64,000 bases of DNA from positions 64,451-128,450 of the forward strand of contig CALANV010000030.1 in the NCBI GenBank assembly GCA_937926175.1. The letters run 5' to 3'. The translations under genes were made by a program, and so were the position numbers. Below are positions 29,931 through 40,205 of the stretch, piece after piece. The notes under the pieces are model-generated. The model searched no databases and had not been told where the DNA came from. It saw only the letters and a program-made list of their open reading frames with translations. The stretch is from an uncultured Rhodospirillales bacterium. Its GTDB lineage: Bacteria; Pseudomonadota; Alphaproteobacteria; CACIAM-22H2. Positions within the stretch are counted from its first letter, which is position 1; each line of letters begins with the position of its first letter.

Positions 29931-31511
29931 TCATGACCGCTCGCGCGTCGCGCTGAAGCGGATGTCCGGCCAGCGTTCCTTGGTCCAGTTGAGCTCGAAG
30001 CTGTTGCGCACCAGAAAGACGGGGGCCCCGTCGCGATCTTCGCTCATTGCGCTCTGGTTCGCCTCGATGAAGCTTTTCAGCATCTTGGGATCGTCGGCGC
30101 TGATCCAGCGCGCCGTCTCGTAAGGCGCCGGCTCGAAGCCGACCTTGATCTTGTATTCCTGCTCGATGCGAGTACCGAGCACGTCGAGCTGCAGCGGCCC
30201 GACGACGCCGACGATCCAGTCGGACCCGACCGTCGGCCGGAACACCTGCGTGACGCCCTCCTCGGCCAGATCTTCGAGCGCGCGGCGCATCTGCTTTGCG
30301 CGCATCGGGTCGTCGAGCCGCACGCGGCGCAGGATCTCGGGCGCGAAATTCGGAATGCCCGTGAACCGGATCTCCTCCCCCTCGGACAGCGTGTCGCCGA
30401 CGCGCAGCGTCCCGTGATTGGGAATCCCGATGATGTCGCCGGGCCATGCTTCCTCGGCGAGCTCGCGGTCCTGAGCGAAGAAGAAGATCGGGTTCTGTAC
30501 CGCGAGCATCTTGCCGCTGCGCAGGTGCTTGAGCTTCATTCCCCGCCGGAACCGTCCCGAGCAGATGCGCACGAAGGCGACCCGGTCGCGGTGGTTGGGG
30601 TCCATGTTGGCCTGGACCTTGAACACGAAGCCGGTCACCGAGGGCTCGTCCGGCCCGACGGCGCGCGGCGTCGCCGGCTGGGCGCGCGGCGACGGCGCAT
30701 GGGCGACCAGCCCTTCGAGCAGCTCGCGCACGCCGAAATCCTTGAGCGCGCTGCCGAAATAGACGGGTGTCAAGTGTCCCTCGAGAAAGGCCTTGGCATC
30801 GAATGACGGACATGCCGACCGGATGAGTTCGATGTCCTCGGCGAGCTTGCTGCGCTGTTCGGCCGGCACGACGTCCTCGAGACGGGCCGCGTGATCGCGT
30901 GCCACGGCGCCGTCGGCGACGGAGTCCGCAAGGATCAGGCGCTCGCGGCGCAGGTCCCAACAGCCGCGGAACAGGCCACCCATGCCGATCGGCCAGGTCA
31001 CCGGCGCGGCATCGAGCGCAAGGGTCTCCTGGATTTCGTCCAGAAGCTCGAACGGGTCGCGACCCTCGCGGTCGACCTTGTTGATGAAGGTCGTGATCGG
31101 GATGTCGCGCAGCCGGCATACCTCGAACAGCTTGCGCGTCTGCGCCTCGATGCCCTTCGCCGCGTCGATGACCATGACGGCGGAGTCGACAGCCGTCAGC
31201 GTGCGGTACGTATCTTCGCTGAAGTCCTCATGACCCGGCGTGTCGAGCAGGTTGAACACCACCCCGCCGTAGCGAAACGTCATCACCGAGCTCGTGACCG
31301 AGATGCCGCGGGCGCGCTCGATCTCCATCCAGTCCGAGCGCGTATGCCGACGCTCCTTGCGCGCCTTCACCGCGCCGGCCTCATGGATCGCGCCGCCGAA
31401 CAGCAGCAGTTTCTCCGTCAAGGTAGTCTTGCCGGCGTCGGGGTGGGAGATGATGGCAAAAGTCCGGCGCGGTGAAGGCGCCGGCGTCCCGTTGGCATTC
31501 TCGATCGTCAT
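29931..31511 (-). CDS. prfC: peptide chain release factor 3
   Basis: 526 aa. GTPase G1 motif AIISHPDAGKTTLTEKLL, plus G2-G4 motifs and the EF-G-like domains. Confidence 0.95.
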   Translation of the reverse strand: MTIENANGTPAPSPRRTFAIISHPDAGKTTLTEKLLLFGGAIHEAGAVKARKERRHTRSDWMEIERARGISVTSSVMTFRYGGVVFNLLDTPGHEDFSEDTYRTLTAVDSAVMVIDAAKGIEAQTRKLFEVCRLRDIPITTFINKVDREGRDPFELLDEIQETLALDAAPVTWPIGMGGLFRGCWDLRRERLILADSVADGAVARDHAARLEDVVPAEQRSKLAEDIELIRSACPSFDAKAFLEGHLTPVYFGSALKDFGVRELLEGLVAHAPSPRAQPATPRAVGPDEPSVTGFVFKVQANMDPNHRDRVAFVRICSGRFRRGMKLKHLRSGKMLAVQNPIFFFAQDRELAEEAWPGDIIGIPNHGTLRVGDTLSEGEEIRFTGIPNFAPEILRRVRLDDPMRAKQMRRALEDLAEEGVTQVFRPTVGSDWIVGVVGPLQLDVLGTRIEQEYKIKVGFEPAPYETARWISADDPKMLKSFIEANQSAMSEDRDGAPVFLVRNSFELNWTKERWPDIRFSATRERS

Positions 31512-31863
31512 CGCGTCTGGTTCAGGTGTGTTCGGCTACGCTCCAAGCAACGTTCCCGCGGCCGCGCCCGACTGACGTCGCATCGCCGGGTCATGCGGCT
31601 TTGCCGTATCGCATCGTTCGGGAAAGAAGCCGGGACCGGATATCCGTCCTGCCGTGTGCCCGGGCGGACGCTAATCGATTTCGCGGGGTCTGTGTAGCCT
31701 TCGAGAATGGTATCGACGCGGTCGCGTCGCAACCCTTCGGGGCGCCTATTTTTTCGGGAGAGGCAGGGCCCGCGAGCCCACCCCGCGAGCCACGACAGAG
31801 CGAATCAGCACCGCCTCGGGGCGAAACCGGCGACAGGCACGCCCGACACGGCCGGCGGGCGGC

Positions 31864-32739
31864 TCAATCGCTTTCGTCCGGTGCGCCGCGCCGCCGGAAC
31901 GGGTGGGCGTAGTACGTCCCGAGGATCTTCACCTCGCGGCTGAAGAACCGCAGCTCCTCCAGCGCGCGGGCGAGTGCCGGCTGCTTGGGATGGCCTTCGA
32001 CGTCGGCATAGAACTGTGCCGCCTCGAAGCGGCCGCCCACGAGATAGCTCTCGAGCTTGGTCATGTTGACGCCGTTGGTCGCGAAGCCGCCAAGCGCCTT
32101 GTAGAGCGCGGCCGGCACGTTGCGCACGCGGAAGATGAATGTCGTCATCACTGGTCCCTTGCTGGGGTCGGGATCCACGCCTTCGCGCGCCAGCACGACG
32201 AAACGGGTCGTGTTGTGCTCGGCGTCCTCGATGTTCTTCTTGAGCGACTTGAGGCCATAAATCTCGCCGGCGAGCGCCGAAGCGATCGCGGCGCGCGTGA
32301 TGTCGCCCGACTTCGCCACTTCGGCGGCGGATCCCGCCGTGTCTGCGCCGACGACGCGCTGCAGACCGAGGGCGCGGATCGTGCCGCGGCACTGATCGAG
32401 CGCCTGGACATGGCTCTGCACGGTCCGGATCGTCTTGAGCGTGGCACCTTTCGGTGCCAGCAGATGGTGGTTCACCCGCTGGAAATGCTCGGCAACGATC
32501 TTCAGGTTCGAATGCGGCATCAGGTGGTGGACGTCCGCCACCCGGCCCGCGACCGAGTTCTCGATCGGAATCATGGCGAGGCGCGCACGCCCGTCGCGCA
32601 CGGCTGCGAACGCATCCTCGAAGCTGGGACAGGGCAGCGTCTCGAGCTCGGGATATGCGTGCCGGCACGCGAGATCGGAATAGGCGCCTGGCTGTCCCTG
32701 AAAGGCGATACGCGGCGGCGCAATCTTCTTCCTAGCCAT
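31864..32739 (-). CDS. pheA: prephenate dehydratase
   Basis: PDT domain (IAFQGQPGAYSDLA...ENSVAG) and a C-terminal ACT domain. The kdsB-pheA arrangement is typical of alphaproteobacteria. Confidence 0.9.
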   Translation of the reverse strand: MARKKIAPPRIAFQGQPGAYSDLACRHAYPELETLPCPSFEDAFAAVRDGRARLAMIPIENSVAGRVADVHHLMPHSNLKIVAEHFQRVNHHLLAPKGATLKTIRTVQSHVQALDQCRGTIRALGLQRVVGADTAGSAAEVAKSGDITRAAIASALAGEIYGLKSLKKNIEDAEHNTTRFVVLAREGVDPDPSKGPVMTTFIFRVRNVPAALYKALGGFATNGVNMTKLESYLVGGRFEAAQFYADVEGHPKQPALARALEELRFFSREVKILGTYYAHPFRRRGAPDESD

Positions 32740-32748
32740 GACTTCCCC

Positions 32749-33510
32749 CTAGTCCTTCGGTCGCAGGAGCACACGCGCGCGATCGAGATCGGCCGGCGTA
32801 TCGACGCCGAGCGGCACCGTGTCCACTAGCGCGACGTCGATGCGCATGCCGGCTTCGAGTGCGCGCAACTGCTCCAGGCGCTCGCGCCGCTCCAGCGTGC
32901 CGGGCGGCAGCCTCACGAACCGCGCGAGCGCGGCACGCCGATAGGCGTAGAGCCCGATGTGGTGATAGTGCGGCCCCGGTCCGGCCGGCACCGTCGCCCG
33001 GCTGAAATAGAGCGCGCGCCCGATCGGCGGCCGGTCGCCGCTCGCCGCTCGTTCGAACGCGGACACGACCTTGGTCACGTTGGGATCGGTCCGCTCCTCG
33101 TCGCGGGTGATTTCGGCCGCGATCGTGCCGATATCGACGTCCTCGTCCTCGAGCGGCGCCAGCACGGCGCGCACGGCACGGGCCTCGATCGTCGGCAGGT
33201 CGCCCTGAACGTTTAGCACGGCGTCGAAGCGCCCATCCGGATCGAAACGCTCGACGGCCTCGTGGACCCGGTCCGAGCCGGAGGGATGGTCGGGCCGCGT
33301 GAGAATCGCCTTGCCGCCGGCGGCCTCTACCGCGGCGGTGATTTCGGGTTCGGCGGCGGCGACCACGACGGGACCGAGATCGGCCTCGCAGGCGCGCCGC
33401 CAGACGTGGACGATCATCGGCTCGCCATGAATGTCGGCGAGCGGCTTGCCGGGAAGCCGCGTCGCCTGCAGGCGCGCAGGGATGACGATGATCGGGCGCA
33501 TGAGTGGCAA
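32749..33510 (-). CDS. kdsB: 3-deoxy-manno-octulosonate cytidylyltransferase (CMP-KDO synthetase)
   Basis: [30 protein letters not shown] is the KdsB N-terminal signature. Confidence 0.9.
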   Translation of the reverse strand: MPLMRPIIVIPARLQATRLPGKPLADIHGEPMIVHVWRRACEADLGPVVVAAAEPEITAAVEAAGGKAILTRPDHPSGSDRVHEAVERFDPDGRFDAVLNVQGDLPTIEARAVRAVLAPLEDEDVDIGTIAAEITRDEERTDPNVTKVVSAFERAASGDRPPIGRALYFSRATVPAGPGPHYHHIGLYAYRRAALARFVRLPPGTLERRERLEQLRALEAGMRIDVALVDTVPLGVDTPADLDRARVLLRPKD

Positions 33511-33637
33511 AGGCTTGTCGGGATGGCGTGTCGGAATCTGGAAACTGCGGCGTTTGGTCGCGGGGCGGCCGGTCGGACCGTAGACGGGGCGGGTTGGCGG
33601 ATGGTGGGGCGCACAGTATAACGGCCGCGTCTAAACC

Positions 33638-33679
33638 GGAACCCCTTGCGGTCGCAAGCGCATTCCGGCAGGGGGTTCC
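33638..33679. promoter_or_regulatory. near-perfect 12-bp inverted repeat in the kdsB / cytochrome c divergent intergenic region
   Basis: GGAACCCCTTGC ...18 nt... GCAGGGGGTTCC with one mismatch. The inner segment is also partly palindromic (TTGCGGTCGCAA). Confidence 0.25.
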
Positions 33680-33786
33680 TCTCGGGTCAGGTTTTCGCGG
33701 TTGAACCGTCGAGTGCCGGGCGGATAGATTTTCGCCGCTTCGTGCCCGCGTTTCGGTCGCTTCAGAGAGCCGGAGACAAGACACAC

Positions 33787-34323
33787 ATGGACTCGTTCGA
33801 ATGGAACAAGGTCGCAGGCGCGTTTCTCTCCGCCCTGCTCGTCGTGACCGCCCTCGGGTTCGTCGGTCGGATGCTGGTATCGCCGCACCGGCTCGAGAAA
33901 AACGTCTATGTCGTCGCCGGCGTCGAGCGTGAGGCGCCGACGCAGCAGGCGGCGGCCGCCCCGACGGTCGAGCCCATCGAGCCGCTGCTGGCGTCGGCCA
34001 ATGCCCAGGCGGGCCAAAGCGTCGCAAAGCAGTGTACCTCGTGCCACACGTTCGAGAAGGGAGGCGCCAACCGCGTCGGCCCCAATCTCTGGGGTGTGGT
34101 CGGCGCCGACAAGGGGCACGCCCAGGGCTTCAACTACTCGCAGGCGATGCAGAACGCGGAGGGCACCTGGAGCTACGAGGATTTGAACAAGTTTCTCGCC
34201 AATCCTAAGGAATTCATGCCGGGAACACGGATGGCCTTCGCTGGCATCCGCAAGGCCGAGGATCGCGCCAACCTGATCGCCTGGCTGCGGATGCAGAGCG
34301 ACAACCCGCCGCCTCTGCCCTGA
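33787..34323 (+). CDS. membrane-anchored c-type cytochrome (cytochrome c2/CycM-like)
   Basis: N-terminal TM anchor and a CxxCH haem-binding motif (CTSCH), with Met ligand context (PGTRMAF). Confidence 0.8.
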   Translation: MDSFEWNKVAGAFLSALLVVTALGFVGRMLVSPHRLEKNVYVVAGVEREAPTQQAAAAPTVEPIEPLLASANAQAGQSVAKQCTSCHTFEKGGANRVGPNLWGVVGADKGHAQGFNYSQAMQNAEGTWSYEDLNKFLANPKEFMPGTRMAFAGIRKAEDRANLIAWLRMQSDNPPPLP

Positions 34324-34475
34324 TCAATCGCCGGGTCCGGCCGGCGGCCGTTTCGGCATGCCGGCCGGCCATCGGGATTTCAACCGGAAATCACGCCGAT
34401 TCCACGGCCGTCTTCAGACTAGCTTAACGGTTCCGGCCGTCTAATGGGCTCGTTCCGCCCAGGGAGGGACGAGCC

Positions 34476-34979
34476 ATGCAACAAACCCCTTGCGAAGGCG
34501 CTGTCGCTCCGAGCATCCCGCCCTTGCGCATCGCCGCGCCAGAGGACCTCGAACGCCGGGCCTGCTCCATCGCCGTCCAGTACTGGCGCGGCATCGCCGG
34601 CGCGCAACGCTATCCTTCCCGCCGTCAGGTCACACAGGAAAGCGCGCGCGAGCTGTGGGACCATCTTTTCATCATCCAGGTTGCGTCGAATCCGGCGGAC
34701 AGCATCTTCGTCCAGGCCGGCGCCGTGCTGTCCCGTGCACTCGGCCGCGACCCGACCGGACACAAGGTGGCAGACATGCTGCCGCATGACGTGGTCGCGC
34801 GGGCCCTCTATTTCCAACGGACGTCATGTGACCTCATGGCACCGATCGACGAAGCCGGCAAATGGACCCGGCCGGATGGCACGACGTTGCTCTACCGCTC
34901 GGTCGTGATGCCGCTCAGCGACGATCAACGCTCGGCGAACTATTTGCTGGGCGCGTTCAGCTACCGCCCCGTCGCCTGA
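34476..34979 (+). CDS. hypothetical protein
   Basis: 167-aa ORF with no recognised domain. Its 3' end overlaps a convergent ORF by 23 nt. Confidence 0.35.
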   Translation: MQQTPCEGAVAPSIPPLRIAAPEDLERRACSIAVQYWRGIAGAQRYPSRRQVTQESARELWDHLFIIQVASNPADSIFVQAGAVLSRALGRDPTGHKVADMLPHDVVARALYFQRTSCDLMAPIDEAGKWTRPDGTTLLYRSVVMPLSDDQRSANYLLGAFSYRPVA

Positions 34980-35532
34980 CGCACGACGGCCGGACGCACG
35001 CGTAGCCGAAGAGAAAACGCCCCGGCCCCGCCGCGTCCGTCGTTCTGCCCCGTTCAACGCGCCGGTGGCGCTGCCGGACCGGTGGCCGGAGCACCCGACC
35101 GCTGATGGGCCGCCTCGGCTGCCGTCCCTGCCGCGCGCCCGCCCGATCGGCCTCGGCCTGCCTGTCCTCCTTCGTCCTGAAGGCGGGTGCCTCTGCGAGT
35201 AGATCCTTGTTCATCGAGACCATCGCCGATTCGCCGTCGGCCGCGATCCTGACCTGCTCCCACGGCCTGGCGACGTGCTTGTCGCCGATCCCGAGGAAGC
35301 CGCGTGAACCGAACACGTGGACCAAGCGTGATCCCGCCCCGTCTCCCAAGATCTTGTAATGCGGGTCGGCCGAACCAACCACCAGTGGTTCATCCGATCT
35401 CTGCTGAGAGCGCGCTGAAGTCGACGGAAGTTCCGGCGGGGCGGCACCCCGCCCGCCAGCCACGGCAGACGCGGGCGCGATCGAAATTCCTTTCGTCGTC
35501 CGCAAGCTCGCGCCATCTTCTGGCGAAGACAC
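34957..35532 (-). CDS. PRC-barrel domain protein
   Basis: The LVVGSADPHYKILGDGAGSRLVHVFGSRGFLGIGDKHVARPWEQVRI segment matches the PRC-barrel pattern (..GkV...G..lG.V.d...d...G.....g.gGflG.g.k.v.vP...l). The start is uncertain because only about 14 nt separate the longest ORF from the divergent hisN start. Confidence 0.4.
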   Translation of the reverse strand: MSSPEDGASLRTTKGISIAPASAVAGGRGAAPPELPSTSARSQQRSDEPLVVGSADPHYKILGDGAGSRLVHVFGSRGFLGIGDKHVARPWEQVRIAADGESAMVSMNKDLLAEAPAFRTKEDRQAEADRAGARQGRQPRRPISGRVLRPPVRQRHRRVERGRTTDAAGPGRFLFGYACVRPSCVRRRGGS

Positions 35533-35546
35533 AAACGACCGCTGCC

Positions 35547-36320
35547 ATGGCCGAACGCCTCGACGCCTATATCCAGCTTGCCGAGCGCCTCGCCGACCGC
35601 GCCGGCGCCATCATACGCCGCCATTTCCGCACCCAGTTCACGGTCGACGACAAATCCGACCTTTCGCCCGTGACCATCGCCGACCGCGAAGCGGAGCTGG
35701 CAATGCGGGAGCTCATCGCGGCGACATTTCCCGAGCACGGCATCATCGGCGAAGAACATGGCCGCGAGCGCGAGGGTGCAAGCCATGTCTGGGTGATCGA
35801 TCCGATCGATGGGACGAAGTCGTTCATCACCGGCCGTCCGCTCTTCGGTTCGCTCATCGCGCTGTGCCGGGAAGGACGTCCGGTCGTCGGCGTGATCGAC
35901 TGTCCCGCGATCGGCGAGCGCTGGGTGGGCGCCTATGGACATCCGACGCTGCACCAGGGCAGGCCGGTGCGCACGCGCCCCTGCGACGCACTGGCCCGTG
36001 CTGCGCTCTACTGCACCTCGCCGCACATGTTCGACGGCGACGACTTCACCCGCTTCGAGCGCGTGCGCCGGCAGGTGAAACTGCCGATGTATGGCGGCGA
36101 CTGCTATGCCTACGGCCTGGTGGCGAGCGGCTTCGCCGATCTCGTCATCGAGGCGGGCCTGAAAGTCTACGACTACGCCGCGATCGTTCCCATCGTCGAG
36201 GGCGCCGGCGGCACCATGACGGACTGGCAGGGCCGCGCGCTCGATCTGTCATCCGACGGGCGCGTGGTCGTCGCCGGCGACGCGCGCGTGCATGCACAGG
36301 CCTTGGCCCTGCTGCAATGA
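35547..36320 (+). CDS. hisN: inositol monophosphatase family protein, a likely histidinol-phosphatase HisN
   Basis: IMPase motifs are present (WVIDPIDGTKSF, ...GGDCYAYGLVASG...). In alphaproteobacteria this family provides histidinol-phosphatase. Confidence 0.75.
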   Translation: MAERLDAYIQLAERLADRAGAIIRRHFRTQFTVDDKSDLSPVTIADREAELAMRELIAATFPEHGIIGEEHGREREGASHVWVIDPIDGTKSFITGRPLFGSLIALCREGRPVVGVIDCPAIGERWVGAYGHPTLHQGRPVRTRPCDALARAALYCTSPHMFDGDDFTRFERVRRQVKLPMYGGDCYAYGLVASGFADLVIEAGLKVYDYAAIVPIVEGAGGTMTDWQGRALDLSSDGRVVVAGDARVHAQALALLQ

Positions 36321-37060
36321 AGCGCGCCATCGCCCTCTTCGTCCTGCTGTTTCTGGCACCGATCGGCGTGAACTCGGCGATCATCGAACGCACCGGCGAA
36401 TCCTGGATGACGGCCCGTCGCGACGCGACGGGGCTAGCGCCGGACCCGGCGACGACACCCGAAGCGGTCGTCCAGGTTTATGCGGCGCGGGCGTTCGACT
36501 GGCGCGGCATCTTCAGCGTCCATACCTGGATCGTGGTGAAGCCGACGGGCGCCGACGCCTATACCCGGTACGAAGTCATGGGGTGGGGTGTGGCCCGCGG
36601 CGTACCGTCGATCCGGATCAACCGCATGGGACCTGACAATTACTGGTTCGGCAGCCGACCGACGGTGCTGCTCGACCGCCGCGGCCCCGGCGTCGATGCC
36701 CTGATCGAAAAGATCAAGGCAGCCGTCCAGTCCTATCCCTATCCCGACTTCTATCGCACCTGGCCCGGTCCCAACAGCAACACGTTCATCGCCCACATCG
36801 CCCGCGAGGTGCCCGAGCTCGGCCTCGAGATGCCGAACAACGCCGTCGGGAAGGATTTCCTGACCGGGACGATCGTCGCGCCGAGCCCCAGCGGCACCGG
36901 CTTCCAGCTTTCGCTGTTCGGTCTGGCCGGGATTCTGCTGGCGGTCGACGAAGGCATCGAGGTGAACCTGCTGGGCCTCAGCTTCGGCATCGACGTCACC
37001 GATCCCGCGCTCAAGCTGCCCGGCATCGGGCGGATCGGCCTCGTTCCGGGATCCTGGTGA
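36317..37060 (+). CDS. DUF3750-like secreted protein
   Basis: Signal peptide (MKRAIALFVLLFLAPIGVNSA). Its ATG overlaps the hisN TGA (ATGA), indicating translational coupling. Confidence 0.55.
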   Translation: MKRAIALFVLLFLAPIGVNSAIIERTGESWMTARRDATGLAPDPATTPEAVVQVYAARAFDWRGIFSVHTWIVVKPTGADAYTRYEVMGWGVARGVPSIRINRMGPDNYWFGSRPTVLLDRRGPGVDALIEKIKAAVQSYPYPDFYRTWPGPNSNTFIAHIAREVPELGLEMPNNAVGKDFLTGTIVAPSPSGTGFQLSLFGLAGILLAVDEGIEVNLLGLSFGIDVTDPALKLPGIGRIGLVPGSW

Positions 37061-37061
37061 T

Positions 37062-37086
37062 AAAAAATCGGGCGCCGCAAGCGCCC
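37062..37086 (-). terminator. intrinsic-terminator-like hairpin followed by a T-tract, on the minus strand
   Basis: Minus strand reads GGGCGC-ttgcg-GCGCCC followed by GATTTTTTA. On the plus strand the A-run precedes the hairpin. It lies between two plus-strand genes. Confidence 0.3.
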
Positions 37087-37180
37087 GGAACGCCGGTCAT
37101 GCCCCAAAAGTGCCCCGTTTCGGTGCTTTCCCTTGCCCCAGGGACGCCATCAGGACAGAGTTGGGACATTCGTTAACAGC

Positions 37181-39049
37181 ATGAGATCGGCCATGCCGTT
37201 CCTCGGACGCGCCGCCGGCCTGCTTGCGCTCGCCGGCCTCCTTGCCGCATCGCCCGGGTCGGCGCAGACCCAGGCCCCCGATGCCGGCGGTGCTACCGTC
37301 ACCGTCGCACACGCGATCGCCATGCACGGCGACGTGAAGTACGGACCCGATTTCAAGCACTTCGCCTACGCGGACCCGAACGCGGTGAAGGGCGGCGAAG
37401 TGAAGTTCCATGCCATCGGCACGTTCGACAATCTCAATCCGTTCATCCTGCGTGGCGTCGCGGCCGTCGGCTCGGCGGCGATCTACGACCGGCTGATGAC
37501 CGCGTCGGCCGACGAACCGTTTACCGAGTACTGCCTGGTCTGCGAGACGGTCGAGGTACCGGCGGATCGTTCTTGGGTCGCGTTCAACCTGCGGCCCGAA
37601 GCACGGTTTCACGACGGCAGGCCGATCACGGTCGAGGACGTCATCTGGACGTTCGAGACGCTCAAGACCAAGGGCCATCCGTTCTACCGCTCGTATTACG
37701 CCAGCGTGGCGAAGGCCGAGAAGGTGGGCGAGCGAAAGGTCCGCTTCACGTTCTCGGGCGGCATCAACCGCGAACTGCCGCTGATCGTCGGCCAGCTGCC
37801 GGTACTGCCCAAGCACTATTGGGAAGGGCGCGAGTTCGACAAGACCACGCTCGAGCCGCCGCTCGGCTCCGGCCCCTACAGGATCGATTCCTTCGAGGCC
37901 GGCCGCTACATCACACTGCGGCGCGTGCCGGACTACTGGGGCGCAAAGCTGCCGGTCAATGTCGGCCACCACAACTTCGACGTCATCCGCTACGATTACT
38001 ACCGCGACAACACGGTCGCGCTCGAGGCGTTCAAGGCCGGCGAGTACGACTTGCGCGTCGAGAACCAGGCGCTCGCCTGGGCGACCGGGTATGACAGCCC
38101 GGCGCGCGCGGCCGGACTCTTCAAGCTCGAGGAGCTGCCGTTCGAGCGGACCACCGGCATGCAGGGCTTCGTCATGAACATGCGCCGGCCCCTGTTCCAG
38201 GACCGGCGCGTGCGCGAAGCGATGGCGTACGCGTTCGACTTCGAATGGTCGAACAAGAACCTGTTCCATGGCGCCTACACGCGCACGCGCAGTTATTTCG
38301 ACAACTCAGAGCTTGCGGCGCGCGGCCTGCCGGGGCCGGAGGAGCTGAAGCTGCTGGAGCCGCTGCGCGGCAAGATCCCCGACGAGGTGTTCACCAAGGA
38401 GTACAACCCGCCGAAGACCGACGGCTCGGGCAACTGGCGCGAGAACCAGCGGGTGGCGCTGCGGCTCCTGCGCGAGGCCGGCTACAAGTTCGAGAACCAG
38501 CGCCTCGTCGGCCCCGACGGCAATCCGGTGAGCTTCGAGATCCTGCTCAACAGCCCGCAGTTCGAGCGCGTCATGTTGCCCTATGCCGAGAACCTGAAAC
38601 GGCTCGGCATCGAGGCCCGCGTCCGCACGGTCGATCCGGCACAGTACCAACGGCGCATGGACGAGTTCGACTTCGACATGACGGTCGACGTCTTCGCGCA
38701 GTCGGAGTCCCCGGGCAACGAGCAGCGCGACTATTGGAGCTCCCGTGCGGCCGACACGCCCGGCAGCCGCAACACGGCCGGCATCAAGTCCGACGCGATC
38801 GATTTCCTGATCGAGGCCATCATCAGCGCACCCGATCGCGACAGCCTCGTGGTTCGCACGCGGGCCCTCGACCGGGTGCTGCAATGGGGCCACTACGTCG
38901 TCCCCAACTGGCACACCCGCGTCACGCGCGTCGCCTACTGGGACCGCTTCGCACGGCCCGCGATCACGCCGGATGTCGGCTTCCTTTCGTCCGTCTGGTG
39001 GGTCGACCCGCAGAAGGACGCCGCACTCAAGGCGAAGCGCGGCCGCTGA
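37181..39049 (+). CDS. yejA: ABC transporter periplasmic substrate-binding protein, family 5 (YejA/MccA-like)
   Basis: Signal peptide, SBP_bac_5 domain, about 620 aa, and it is the first gene of the yejABEF cluster. The ORF track starts at 37133; ATG 37181 and ATG 37190 are both possible. Confidence 0.85.
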   Translation: MRSAMPFLGRAAGLLALAGLLAASPGSAQTQAPDAGGATVTVAHAIAMHGDVKYGPDFKHFAYADPNAVKGGEVKFHAIGTFDNLNPFILRGVAAVGSAAIYDRLMTASADEPFTEYCLVCETVEVPADRSWVAFNLRPEARFHDGRPITVEDVIWTFETLKTKGHPFYRSYYASVAKAEKVGERKVRFTFSGGINRELPLIVGQLPVLPKHYWEGREFDKTTLEPPLGSGPYRIDSFEAGRYITLRRVPDYWGAKLPVNVGHHNFDVIRYDYYRDNTVALEAFKAGEYDLRVENQALAWATGYDSPARAAGLFKLEELPFERTTGMQGFVMNMRRPLFQDRRVREAMAYAFDFEWSNKNLFHGAYTRTRSYFDNSELAARGLPGPEELKLLEPLRGKIPDEVFTKEYNPPKTDGSGNWRENQRVALRLLREAGYKFENQRLVGPDGNPVSFEILLNSPQFERVMLPYAENLKRLGIEARVRTVDPAQYQRRMDEFDFDMTVDVFAQSESPGNEQRDYWSSRAADTPGSRNTAGIKSDAIDFLIEAIISAPDRDSLVVRTRALDRVLQWGHYVVPNWHTRVTRVAYWDRFARPAITPDVGFLSSVWWVDPQKDAALKAKRGR

Positions 39050-39092
39050 CGCCCATGCATCCGGCCTCCGTCCCCTGCCGTCAGGACCCCCG

Positions 39093-40202
39093 ATGCTCGC
39101 CTATATCATCCGGCGCCTGCTGCTGCTGATCCCGACCCTGTTCGGGATCATGGTGATCAACTTCGCCATCGTGCAGGTGGCGCCGGGCGGCCCCATCGAC
39201 GTCGTCATCGCACAGCTCCGCGGCACGGCAACGGACCCCACGCAGCGCTTCACCGGCGGCCAGGGCGAGCTCGTGCAGGGTCAGTCCGACCGCGGCGGCA
39301 CCGGCACGACCGGCGAAGCCGCGAAATACCGGGGCGCCCGCGGCATCGACCCGGCCCTGATCAAGGAGCTGGAGAAGACGTTCGGCTTCGACCGGCCGAT
39401 GCACGAGCGTTTCGTCCTGATGATGGGACGCTATTTGACCTTCGACTTCGGCACCTCGTTCTTCCGCGACCGCCGCGTCGTCGATCTCATCCTGGAGAAA
39501 ATGCCGGTCTCGATCTCGCTGGGACTGTGGAGCACGCTTCTCATCTATCTGATCTCGATCCCGCTCGGCATCCGCAAGGCGGTGCGCGACGGTTCCCGCT
39601 TCGACGTGTGGACGTCGAGCGTGATCATAATCGGATATGCGATTCCGAGCTTCCTGTTCGCGGTCCTGCTGATCGTGCTGTTCGCCGGCGGCAGCTTCCT
39701 GCAGATCTTTCCGCTGCGCGGCCTGGTCTCGGAGAACTTCGCCGAGCTGCCGTGGTGGGGCAAGGTGCTGGACTACGCCTGGCACATGGTGCTGCCGGTA
39801 ACGGCGCTCGTCATCGGCGGCTTCGCCGGCCTGACGATGCTGACGAAGAACTCGTTCATGGACGAGATCAACAAGCAGTACGTGATCACCGCACGCGCCA
39901 AGGGCCTGACGGAGCGGCGCGTCCTCTACGGACACGTCTTCCGGAACGCGATGCTGCTGATCATCGCCGGGTTTCCGGGCGCGTTCGTGAGCATCCTCTT
40001 CACCGGCGCACTCCTAATCGAGATCATCTTCTCGCTCGATGGGCTGGGACTGCTCGGGTTCGAAGCCGCGATCAATCGCGACTATCCGATCATGTTCGCG
40101 ACGCTCTACTTCTTTACGCTGCTCGGGCTCCTGATGAAGATCGTGAGCGACCTCACCTATACGCTCGTCGATCCGCGGATCGATTTCGAGGCACGGGGCT
40201 GA
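39093..40202 (+). CDS. yejB: ABC transporter permease YejB
   Basis: DppB-like permease with the N-terminus [28 protein letters not shown] and the EAA motif region. Confidence 0.85.
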   Translation: MLAYIIRRLLLLIPTLFGIMVINFAIVQVAPGGPIDVVIAQLRGTATDPTQRFTGGQGELVQGQSDRGGTGTTGEAAKYRGARGIDPALIKELEKTFGFDRPMHERFVLMMGRYLTFDFGTSFFRDRRVVDLILEKMPVSISLGLWSTLLIYLISIPLGIRKAVRDGSRFDVWTSSVIIIGYAIPSFLFAVLLIVLFAGGSFLQIFPLRGLVSENFAELPWWGKVLDYAWHMVLPVTALVIGGFAGLTMLTKNSFMDEINKQYVITARAKGLTERRVLYGHVFRNAMLLIIAGFPGAFVSILFTGALLIEIIFSLDGLGLLGFEAAINRDYPIMFATLYFFTLLGLLMKIVSDLTYTLVDPRIDFEARG

Positions 40203-40205
40203 ACG

